This document shows, piece after piece, positions 12,258-25,518 of a stretch of DNA of 64,000 nucleotides. Both the position numbers and the translations under genes were made by a program. Positions within the stretch are counted from its first letter, which is position 1, and every line of letters starts with the position of its first letter. The stretch spans positions 1 to 64,000 of the forward strand of contig JAMDHS010000081.1 of NCBI GenBank assembly GCA_029717555.1, read 5' to 3'. The notes beneath the pieces were generated by a model. It saw only the letters and a program-made list of their open reading frames with translations, did not search any database and was not told the DNA's origin. This stretch comes from Peribolospora baueri (Eukaryota).

Positions 12258-12340
12258 TGGAGCAGCAGGGACTTGAACCCTGGACCTTTCGCAAGCTCTT
12301 TTGGTGCGAAGCGAACGATCTACCACTGATCTACAACCCC
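12258..12340 (-). tRNA. tRNA-Ala(CGC) with an 11-nt canonical-position intron
   Basis: GGGGTTG TA GATC AGTGGTA GATC G TTCGC TT CGC A [CCAAAAGAGCT] T GCGAA AGGTC CAGGG TTCAAGT CCCTG CTGCTCC A. Has the G3:U70 Ala determinant and A73. An oligo-T Pol III terminator follows at 12244-12250. Confidence 0.95.
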
Positions 12341-13590
12341 GTAGCGGCTTGACCACGCAGACGTGGTGACTTTCCAACCGACCATAGCATACATAGTGTT
12401 GTCCTCCGCAGGATTGTCCTAGCTCAAGGTGTTCATCTACGAAACGCAAAGCACTCGTCTGTTCGATCAGACAGGTCAGTTCGCCACTTCCAGTCAGGGC
12501 TGTTGTAACGTCAACAGGTATTCATGGCGCAGACGGGTTCACTTTCGAAACTATTCGATGCTGCCCAAAGGTGGCATGTTGCAAGACCACGCACCGCAAT
12601 TGGCGCAGCAGTCTATTCTGTTATACATACAAGCTGGCAGGAGCCAGGAGAGAGTATCGGACACGGAGGGCACAGGAGCGTGGAGATGACAGGTTTTTGC
12701 TGGACTGATCGCAAGACCGGAGGAAGAGAGAGGGGGTGAGAATCGACCCTTTGTCACTTTGTCGGTCTGTCGTTGGGGTGAGTCGCTTGCTGGTTGAGCA
12801 GCCACTGTATGCGTACCCGAGGGTCGAAGCCGTCAAAGGCGACCGGCGAGTCGATAGTCGGATGGACGTTGTGGCACGTTGGAGCGAACGAGACGAAGTG
12901 AGAAGTTGGTCGGCCGCCTGAACGAACAAGAGGGCGAGCTGAGGATGGACGGGTCGAGTCGGAAGGGGAGGTTGGGCTCCAAGACGAAACGACACGATAC
13001 GAGGGACTGGCAAAGGACAAAAAGTGAGGAAGGAGAAAGAGGACGGAGAGGGGAAAGGATACCACCGCTGTTCGTTGATGCGTTCGGTCGCCACCGGTTG
13101 ACTGAAGACGACGTGAGTGAGCCCGGAGAGCACGGCGACTGGAGAGGAGCGGGAGCGGATGGACGAAGGTGGAACGACGGACGGTGGAGGTCGGGTGAAG
13201 CCGAGACGATACGTGAGACACTACTGTTACAGAGGTTGCAGGGCGAGACGTGGCGCAAAGGTCGGACAAAAGGGCGGGGTGGGGTCGAGGGGTCGAGGGG
13301 TGGGGGGGGGGGGGGCGGGTGAGGGACGAAGGCGAGGATAACGTTGGGGACAGCGCGGCTGTCGATAGTGTTCGGGACGGCGAGACTGAGGGAAGTTGTC
13401 GTAGGTCGGTTTGGGGTGGCAGAGAGAGGAGAGAGGATGAGAGTGTAAAGACGACGTGGTCGGGATTTGAGAGGCCAGATGCTCGAATGGCTCAGGAGGC
13501 AAGATGTCCCCTTCCGCGTCGCTAGGCTGCATGCTGGATATGCTGGGGAGTCATGGTGAGGTAAGCGTTGGAAGGCGACTGACTGCCAGC

Positions 13591-14545
13591 TCAGACTGTC
13601 ATGTTGAGGATGGACTGCGCCTCGTCGACCTTTTGGACGGCACCACAGTCCTGCAAGTCATGGGTAAATAAGATACAAGAGATCCCCTGTCAGCACTCGG
13701 TCTTGGTCCGTCCGCCGAGCGACGGCTCCACCCACCTGACAAGTGGCCCACAACTCGGTGGTATTGTAGAATGGAGGGACAGGGATGCACGACAAGCGGG
13801 GGATGGAGGAGCAATTGGGCCTGCAGAGAAGACGTCGGGTAAGCCAGGTGCGTCCTTGTGGCTGCATCCTTCACCGAACTCGTCCCTCCCTGGACGTCTC
13901 GCGCATTGACGCATGTTCTGTATCTGCATCGGCATGGAAAGGCGAGAAATGCGGCTGGAGAGGATGCTGTGCAGATGTGGCTCACTCACCCATGCTGAAC
14001 GATCCTAGTCTGGGCGGGCGCGGTGGTGGAAGCCCTGGGGGCAGCGACATCGACGTCCATGCAACCGGAGAGATGGATGTCGATGGAAGAAGGGGGGTAA
14101 GGCTCGATATCAGGGTAGTACCTATGCGCGTGCGTGTCCTCGTCTTGAGGGGCACGAGGGAAGGGGTTAGAGGTAGGCGAGGCGAGGGGGCGGTGTTGAA
14201 AGTGGCGTTCGTCGACGGCCATCTCGGCGTCTACGGGGCCCGGGAAAGAGGGGAAGCGGGCTGCATTGGTGGGAGTCGGGGAACGGTAGAGCTGAGGTGC
14301 GAATTGGAACGGCGACGGCGAGGGAGATGAGCGGGTAGATGGGAGGAAGGAGAGGTTCCGCTGTTCTGTCTTTCCCCCCCGTCACTCACCTTCCTCTTGG
14401 CCTCTGCGCGGTGGTCCAACTCGTCCTCGAACCTCTTCCTCTTGTTCGTGCCGGGAGGGGAGGCGGGATGGTGCGAGGCAGGGAGGGCGTGAGCGGCGAG
14501 AGGGTCGGCGAAGGCGGAGGGCGGGAAGCAGGAAGCGGCGGGCAT
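13591..14545 (-). CDS. hypothetical protein with basic NLS-like motif and C-terminal H-x2-C...C-x2-C putative zinc site
   Basis: Four exons: MPAASCF..TNKRKRFEDELDHRAEAKRK / LYRSPTP..IVQHG / PNCSSIPRLSCIPVPPFYNTTELWATCQ / DCGAVQKVDEAQSILNMTV*. All introns GT-AG. TATA-like TTTATATAT near 14675. Confidence 0.7.
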
Positions 14546-14869
14546 GGTTTGGGATGGGATGGCTGGACGAAACGGGGGAAGGGTTGGAGCGACGGAGCAA
14601 GTGGTGCGAGGGTTCCGGTGGTGGTGGTGGTGGTTGGTGGTGGGAAGGAAGAAGGCATGCCGGGGGGAAGTGGGTTTATATATCAACTCTAACACCTCTC
14701 CTCCTCCCCGTCTCCGTCTCGATCTCACGTTTGCTCGACGCGCCGCGCAAACTCAGCTCAGACCTTCCTCGCCGCAGCAAGCTATGCTCGACCCCGCCCC
14801 GGATCCGGATCCGGGCGGCGTCGCGACGGGAGCGAACGAGGGAGTGAGTCGCCCGACTATACATACGAG

Positions 14870-14882
14870 TAGGGTTAGGGTT
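14870..14882. promoter_or_regulatory. telo-box TAGGGTTAGGGTT in a divergent promoter
   Basis: Lies between divergent start codons at 14545 (-) and 15127 (+). Confidence 0.45.
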
Positions 14883-15126
14883 GCCGACCACCCCGCCGCT
14901 GTCACGTGCTGCTAATGTTCGTACACCCGTCCATCTCCACCGACAACCATCCACTCCATCGTCGGCCAAACCGGACAAGCTCCAGTCCAGATCAGACCAG
15001 TAGGGACGGGAAGGGAAGGGAAGGAAAGCGAGCGGCGCTTCTGGTCAAGTTTCCTGCCCCTGAGCTATCTCAGCCACTTCTAGCGACCCCTTCTGCATTT
15101 TCCACTCTCGCCCCTCACCCACCGCC

Positions 15127-16681
15127 ATGTCCACCAGCGCCACGCTCTTCACCTACCTCCTCCCCTCACCCCTCCAGGACCTGCTGTGGCGCGTCTACGC
15201 ACCCCTTCAGCCCCATCTCCCCGCTCCTCTCAACAACCCCACCTCCTTGCCCAACCTCCTCTTTGGACAATTCTTGCCCCCCCTCCTCGCGCTCTTCCTC
15301 TTCTACCTTGCCCTCCTCACCGCGTACAACGTCGCCCGCTCGACCGTCCGCTTCGTCTGGTGGACCGTCAAATGGGGCGTTTTGCTCGGCGTTGCCGTCG
15401 CACTCTGGGCCGTCTATCTCGACCTCACCGGACAGGCCGATGGAGCGAGGGACAGGCTAAGGATGGACACAGCAGGCGGCATCCCCTATGTCGATCAGGT
15501 CGCCCGCTTCGTCCAAAATCGGAGATGGCAAGATCTCATGCGAGATGGTAGGTAGGCCGTGCCCGTCGGTCGGGCTCTCCTCCCTTCTCTCCCTCCGTTT
15601 CTTTGCGTGAGTTCTTGACATACTCCCTTCCTCCCCGCCTCCCGTGCTCGCTTACACCCCCTTTCCATCCTATTTCGCCCTCCTCATCCGCCCTCCTCAT
15701 CTTTCTTTCCCAGGCCGGATCAACAACGCCTGGCTCTCCCTTCTTGTTTCCTTCTTTCCCTATTTTACAAGCGGAGCAAGTTTAGACTCGAACGGCGACC
15801 GATCTCGATCACCGTCCTCTTCCTCCCGTCGACGAGGCACCCGTCAAGCCGGCTCCGACAGCCGACGACGAGGAAGAACGGCTGACAACGACGCTGAGGA
15901 TGCGACGAGCGACTTTTTCTCTCGCTGGCTTTTCTTCTCCGATTCCGGCAACTCCCCCTCTCCACCAACGAGACGACGGTCGGCCGCGAATCGCCGGAGC
16001 GCCGCTCCTTCCACCACCGACTCTATTCTGGCCAAAGCGGCCAAGGCGGCTGCCGCCGCTAGGGCTCTTGGAGCGGAGCTTGGTGGCGAGCGAGGCGAGG
16101 CGCTGGTGAAGGAATTGGAGAGCTTCGTCGCACAGGCTGCTGCTTCGGCCGCCAGTCGGTTCAACGGCGACGGTAGCTCGGATGGTGATGGGGCTGGGTC
16201 GCCCCTGGCCGGCGCGTCTGCGCGAGGACGCGATGGTGGGCGCTCGTCCGCCGCGGCGGATCCTGCCCCTGCTAGCGAGGACGACGACGAGCGATGGGGC
16301 TGGCACTGGGACAAGGTGGACTACGATGACATGGCGGGGGACGACGATGACGACTATGAGGACGCCGAGCCGGATGCGGAAATCCTCCCAGGCAGCTACA
16401 CCCATGGCCGCCGCCGTCGTGGCCAGCATGGCAGCGCTCGAACGCGATCCTCGTCTTCGACGCAACACGCTTCTAGCACAGAGTCGTTCGGCGCGGACCA
16501 AAGTCGGGGAAGGGAAGACGGCGGTGGCGCGCGTGCGGGTGCGGAGAGCCTGGTGAGACGATGGGCGCTGAGAGCGGGCGAGGCAGCTTTGGACGCTTTG
16601 TTGGGCGAGAAGGTGGAGGGCGAAACGGCGAGGAGGGAGAGAGTGAAGAAGGAGAGGGAGAGAAGAAGCGGGAGAAGGTGA
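15127..16681 (+). CDS. Apq12-like membrane protein with long disordered C-terminus
   Basis: Two hydrophobic segments around a short amphipathic linker (LLALFLFYLALLTAYNVARSTVRFVWWTVKWGVLLGVAVALWAVY). Exons 15127-15547 and 15714-16681 join in frame. Confidence 0.6.
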
Positions 16682-17199
16682 TGGAGGTTGGTGAAATGGA
16701 CGCGTGCGCTCCTCTTCTCGCTTTCCTTCTTCTTCGCTCTGCTCCTCCCATCCTCTCTCGCAAGGCCGTCCCTTCCCGTCCAGCATTCTGCTCTTCTTGA
16801 TTTTCACCTCATCATTCCCGCCCGTTCACCCATCTGTTGTCTGTCGGCGGATCAATTTTCTCGCCGAACACCTCTTGCATCCCTTCCCTTCCGTCTCTGC
16901 GTCCGCCATTCCTCAGCCGTTGCCGTTGTACTCTCCGCCCTGCTTGCCTCTGCTACATCTCTGCCGTTCGCCTCCTTGCGCTCTGCCAATGCCCACCCAT
17001 CCATGCTCATGCCCTGATACATGCTCCATGAGTGGGATGGCCCGTGCGCCCGATGAACAGAGATCGCCGATCGAGGGGAGATTGCCGGCGCGGGGTAACC
17101 GCAGTCGATGGACGGACCGACTGGCCGGCCGACGTCTTAGCCAGCGAGGACCGAGCGACGGCCGTTCTTCCTTTCCTTCCACATCTCCCCCTCTCCACT

Positions 17200-18618
17200 A
17201 TGTCCTTCACCGCTCAGTCCATGTACGACCTCTCCGGTCTCGTCGGCGTCGTCACCGGCGGAGGCACCGGCATCGGCCTCATGGCCGCCCAGGGCCTCGC
17301 CGCGAACGGCGCCAAAGTCTGTGAGTAGATCGCCCGTCCCTCATCGATGCGCCATCTCACCCCTGCCTTCCTTCCTTCCGGTTCAGATATCACCGGCCGA
17401 CGGCTCAACGTTCTCGAGCAGGCCGCCAAAGCACACGGCGTCGGGCTCAAGGGCTCCATCTTGCCCCTCCAGGGCGACGTCAGCTCCAAGCAAGATCTGG
17501 TGCGCGTCGCAAAGGAGCTGGAGGAGAGGGAGGGCAAGATTCACATCTTGGTCAAGTTTGTGTCTTCTCCCCTTCGCTTCGTCTACTTGCACTCGACGTG
17601 CCCGGCTGACCCCTATCTGCGTTGCTTTTGTCACGCCAGCAACGCCGGCATCGAAGGCCCGGTGACCAAGTTTAAGGACGCGGAGAAGCTGACCGCTTCG
17701 CAGCTTGCCGATATGCACCTCAACAACGAGAGCTTTGAGGTGCATTTGTTTGTCCCCCTCTTCTCCTAACCGGCTCACCTGGCGCTAGCTCATCCTCCTT
17801 TGCCTATCCTTCGACGGATATTTTTTTCGCGCTTCTCGGCACAGGACTGGGACAACGTCCTCCGCATGGATACGAGCTCCATCTTCTTCGCGTCCATGGC
17901 CTTCCTCAATCTCCTGGAAATAGGAAATGGCACGAAGAAGGGCTGGACGAGCACCATCATCAACATCACCAGCATCTCCGGCATCATCAAGAACAGCCAG
18001 TATCATTGTGAGTGGGCGTCACTATCGCCGCACGCTCCCTAGGCAGTGCTGACCCGGCCTTATATGTGTATCCTCGGCCGGATCTGCCCTCAACAGACGC
18101 ATACAACTCTTCCAAGGCGGTACGTCCATCACCTCGCTTCCCGCATTCGTACCGAGCTGATCCTCTGCTCCATTACCCTTTCGCCGACGTCCACTTTCCC
18201 TCGCTCGTAGGCGGCCAACCACCTCACCAAAATGCTCGCCTACGAGCTCAACTTCCGCGCTCGGTTGCGCCTGCGCGTGAACGCCATCGCGCCAGGCCTC
18301 TTCGCCACGGAGATGACCGCGTCCAAGCCGTCGGAGGCGGGCAAGAGCGAGCTCGACTTTTCCAAGTGGGATATCCCCGCCGAGCGCGTGGGCGAGGACG
18401 AAGACATGGCGTCCGCCATCCTCTTCTTGGCCGCCAACCAGTATACCACCGGACAAGTGATCGCCGTCGATGGGTGAGTCGCGCGTCCACCAAGCGAGCC
18501 TCTCGGCGTCTCAAGCTCGAGCGCTGACTGACTCCCCTTTCTTCCCCTCGGGCCGCACTACCCCGTGTTTTTTTTTCCCCTCAGCGGCTACACCACCGGT
18601 ACGCCGAGCGTGGCCTAG
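17200..18618 (+). CDS. short-chain dehydrogenase/reductase (classical SDR)
   Basis: TGGGTGIG, LVNNAG, catalytic YNSSK on a mini-exon, RVNAIAPGLF, TGQVIAVDGG. Confidence 0.92.
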
Positions 18619-18831
18619 AGTCGGGAATGTTAAGTGAACGAAAGCCGTGGTCGCGTGCGATGTCAACGATCGCCTCTATACAGTCTCGGTTAGAAGGAAT
18701 TGCATTTCACGTCGCTCCCATCATCTGTAAACGGTGAAATTTAAATTGGTGTTCCCTGCGCTCTGGCGCTCCTCAGCCAAAGGTCGGCGTGCCGACGACC
18801 AGCGAGCGCCTACTTGCCTCTCCTCCCCGTC

Positions 18832-21800
18832 CTACTTGCCTCTCCTCCCCGTCCCCGTCCCCGTCCCCGTCCCCGTCCCCGTCCCCGTCCCCCTCCGACC
18901 TCTGCCCCTCCCTCCTCCCCTCTTCCCGACCGCCTTGCGCCCGCCCCCGCCCCTGCCCCACCATGTCTTCGCTCTCCTGCCACTCCGGGCATACACGCTC
19001 GTCTTCTCCTTTGGCAAGACATACTGCCAGCCGCCGCCGCCGCCGCCGCCGGTCGTGGCCACGTCTCGGGCCTCCTGATCATCGTCCTCCGCGTCGTCGT
19101 CGTCGTCGTCATCCTCATCGGCGGCCAACGATGCCCGAGCTCGAGACCGACTTGTCATGGCGCAGTTGCTCGAGGCGCCGACACCGCGAGAGCAATTGGA
19201 GCGGCCGAATTGGTTGAGGTAACCCGCTGCGACGGAAGGCGAGAGCCTGGAGACGAAGACAGCGCCTTCGTACGTCGACGAGGACGCCGGCAACTATCGG
19301 CAGACCATCCAATCATGCACACGTACGCGTCCGAGAAAGAAGCAAGGGCACGACGTGACGAAGGAGTAGGGACGTCAGCGATTCTGTATTATTCTCAGCC
19401 GTTTCACCGGAAAGCGCGTCAGGTCAGCGGGCGTCCCGAGCTTACCTCATCAACGTCGAAGATCTCTTCCACTTCATCAGCCTCGTCATCATAACACGCC
19501 TTCTCCTTGCCCTTGCCCTTGCCCTTGCCCTCACTCGTTTCCTGCCTCTGCGCTCTCCCTCCTCCAATCCGAGACAATTTCTCCATGCGGCTGCTTTCCT
19601 CCTCCCTCTGTTGCCATTCCTCCAGCGCCCGTGCCCGCGCCTCTCCGCTGTTCTGCCCCTTCCACCTTGCCATCTGCACCTGCGTCGGGTCCTCCGGCTG
19701 AGTCCAAGGCACCCCTGGATCGAACGCTTCGAACATGTCCATGTCGTCCACAGCAGCTTCATCAGCTGCTTGAGGCCGGGGCCGTTCGTCATCGGAGAAG
19801 CCGAGCTCGGCGATCAGGGCTGCCTGCTTGGCAGCTTGAGGATCCGAAGAGACGCCTAAACGGGAGGTGTTGGAGTTGACTGGACCTGGAGAACGGAAGC
19901 CGGGTAACGCTTCTGCTTCGTTGGCCGTCGTTTCTTCTTCAGTCCGCGTCCGATCTGCTGCAGTCGGTGACAGGCCCGCTCGCGCTTGCGGGCTCTTCCC
20001 AACGTCCTTGGCCATGAATGCCGTCAAAGTAGTCTGCCTTCCCTTCCGGCTCATTCCTCCCTGCGGCTCCGAGTGTGTCGAAGTACTGGACACGCGCGAA
20101 GACAGCAGTGGCGGCTGCGTGAGGTCGAGCGACATGGCCGCCACTGCGTCCAGACATCCGTTCGTATGGGATTCGATCTCGCGGAGAGAGACCTGTGAGA
20201 AGGAAGGGTGGTCAACGTCTGTATTGCGCCGTTGGGAAACCACACCCGACTGGGACGGACAGACCCTACTTGCCTTGGACATGCAAACCGGACAGACGCC
20301 TGTCTCAGCCGGCGGATCTTCCCCGGTCTTCGGCTCCTCCCCGGCTGTCATCCTGTCGACGTCGCCCCCTTCTTGCATCTCCGTTCTCCGCCTCTTCTCT
20401 GCCTTGGGCCGCAAGCTGTCGGCGCTATGCGCAGACGTGTCCGTACGCGAGCTCGACGGGGGCGAATCGCACTTCTTTGATGCCGAGCTTCTTCTAGATA
20501 GCGAAGGCGGGGAGTAAAGGGTGTCGACGCATACGAAGGATTCACGGCCTCCTCCCGATGCTGACGTTTTCGCTCGCTTGGCGGTGATAGCGGCTGGAGA
20601 GACAGCGACGACGGCAGCGTCAGCGAAGGTGAGAGATAGCGGCGAAGAAGAACATGGCGTCACAGATGTAAACGTACCCAGCGCGGCCCTCTTCTGCTGC
20701 TTCGCCCTCTTCGCGCTCGGCATGCCCACGTCCTCCCCTTCATCGTCCACGCGAAACACGTCCACCTCGTCTTCCGAACTCGCAAACGCGAGCACACCTG
20801 CAGCGTCCGCGTTCGCGCCATCACACTCGCGATGTCTCGTCGGCCTCGACGTCGACGGTCGTGACGGAGGAGTAGCTGCGTGACCGGTAGTGTCGATCCC
20901 TCGAGCGTCAAGCCTGAGATTGTCAGATATTGACGTACTGGAGCAGCTGTTGCGTGAAGAAACTCTGTTTTTTTCCGGACAAGGACTGGACAGCTCTCTG
21001 GACGACGAGGTAGACGCCCGGCGAGTGGCCGAGTGGGAGGACCGACGTGCCGATAAAGACTCGCGTGCTCGGCACACGTCTACGTGATTCGGTGAACGGC
21101 CATCCAAAGTAGGCTGCTCAGATCCTGCAGTCGTAGAGCATTGGCCGTCCAGACCCATAGGCGACGCCTGGTGGCTCTCGCCACCCACTGAGCGTACGAG
21201 AAGGGGAGGGGCCGGAGAGCGAGGTAGACGGGTATGATGAGAGATGCCGGTCGTGCGCTCATGCCCACCGTCGATACTCGCGCTGTTGGGCGTCTTCCGA
21301 TCTGATATCACGTCCTTAGCCGTGGACGAACCCTTGGTCAACCTCGTCGAATCATCGCGTCTTCCGGCGATATTGACTTCTTTTGCGCCGCCTTGATCGG
21401 CGTCATCAAAGTCGCCAATCTCGTCCTCCCTTTCCCCGTCTCCGCCAATGTCCGCACCTTTGACGACCTCAGCAACAACCCTTAAGTCCCCGAGCGGCAG
21501 ACTAGAAAGCCGGTGTGGGCTTTTCCTTCTCCTAAATTCAGGCTCCGCCGGCTCTACCGGACTTTCTGTAGGAAATGGATCGTCGAACGCGTTGGCAACC
21601 GAATTGAAGATGCGATCGCCCGAAGAGAAAACCCGAGATGGTCCGAGCGAAGACCCTGCGTAGGGTCCGTCCTCTCGGTTTGAAGGCGTGAGTCTGTTTG
21701 ATGGCGGTTCAGGCACCTCGACCAGGAGAATCTCCTCGTCCACTCCTTTGCCGCTATTCTCGCCAGCTCGTTGACTGCAAGTGCCAAGAATGGCTGGGCG

Positions 21801-22612
21801 AGCTTCGGCCAGGTTAGACGGCGTGGGAGAAGAAGCAGAGTGCGGCGATGATTGCCGAGTCCCGGGTCGGGTATAAATTAGATTTTCGGTCCGAGCCGTG
21901 ACCTTGGACGTCGACGCAGCAGGAGTGGGAACTTGCCCTGCATGACCGCCGGATTTTCGAGGAAGAAAGAGGTTCGCTCTCCTCACCGATGTTGGCGCAA
22001 CATTCTCCTTTCCGACATCGCGAGCCATCCTCTTGCTCTTCTTTTTGCCCTTCATCCGCCCCGCATCAAAGAGGATGGAATCCTCGCTCTCGCTGTCGGC
22101 ACTGCTGTCTTCAGAGTTGCAGAGCGAGAGATCGATAATGTTTCTCGATTTGCTCTGCCCTTGATCCCCGCCTTCCAGCCGATCTTCGCTCGGACTGGAC
22201 GCCTCGTGGGAGCTGCTGATCCTCCGTTCGTTCAGCCGACTATCTGAGGCAATAAGCGTTCCGGCGACGTCCCTGCGCACTGTTACGGGAGTCGCCAGTC
22301 CATGTCGATGCAAGCTGCGCACCCGACGCCGGGTGAAGAACGCAGTCTCGTCTTCGTCTTCTTCGACCAGGAACTTCGATGTCGAGGCGCTCTTGTCAGC
22401 CGTCCTTGGCCGACCGGCATGAACGCCGCGTCTTGGTACCGTCGTGGGCGGAGAGGGGAGTTGAGAAGGGAAATAGGAAGCGGAGGTCACTGTGCGTTGG
22501 TTAGATGGCGTTTGAGAGTGTCCGACGTGAGCAGTCTCGAAGGCAAGCTGCGAGGCGACAGGAAGATGCGCGAGGAAGCCTCCCGCTCACCTTTGTCATC
22601 GTTCACCTCCAT
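18832..22612 (-). CDS. large Ser/Arg-rich disordered protein with a UBZ4-like zinc finger and RG/GT-rich tail
   Basis: Exon 1 MEVNDDK (22612-22591) splices to the 1023-codon ORF. CPVCMSK/VSLREIESHTNGCL forms across an 81-nt GC-AG intron. Last exon FVSRLSPSVAAGYLNQF...RGRGRRGTGTGT..RRGK*. Confidence 0.7.
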
Positions 22613-22892
22613 ATCCGCCAGCCCGCTTTCGCTTTTCGCAGACGGACCCTGGAACAGCCCTAGGACGTGGCGGAAAGGAGCAAATGGGGGGTATGGACGG
22701 GGGAGGGTGGAGTGGTGGGTGCGTCGACGTCGTCGTCGTCGTCGCCATCCTCCGTCGCGTCCTTGTCGCGTTCACTTTGCGCGTTCATTTACGTCGATCA
22801 GCGGTCACGTGCGTCCGCGTTGGACAACGGCAAGTGATCGATCACTCAGACGAGAAACGAGGGCGGCCTGATACGGCGACGACAGGCACACC

Positions 22893-25130
<2,238 letters not shown>

Positions 25131-25518
25131 GTCTAGCGAGGCGGACGCTTGCTTGCGCGATGACCACGCTCGCTGTCCTCGCTGTTCGCACTGTGAATAG
25201 TATGTCCTCGTTGCACGCTCGTGCTGCGAGCTACGTAAGAGAGAGCGAGACGTACTTGGAAGAGACGAAGCGGTGCGGAAGGAAGGCACGAAGCGAGGTG
25301 GAAAGAAAGAAGGAAGGAAGGAAAGAAGGAGTTGATGCCGTCGACGATGGGCGTTCATGTGCATCTCTCATTTCATCCATCATCCATCCCCGCAGAGAGG
25401 GGGCCCCGACATCCACTGCCTCCTCCATCGACATGGACGGCTAAGGTCTTGTGAAAGCGTCCTCTTCCCTCTCCGTCTCTCGACAACCTCCTTCCACTCC
25501 ACACACCATCTCCACACC

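Noticed and set aside
12341..12720. Possible spliced gene upstream of the tRNA
   Set aside because: Splice-like signals exist but no coherent or recognisable protein could be assembled.
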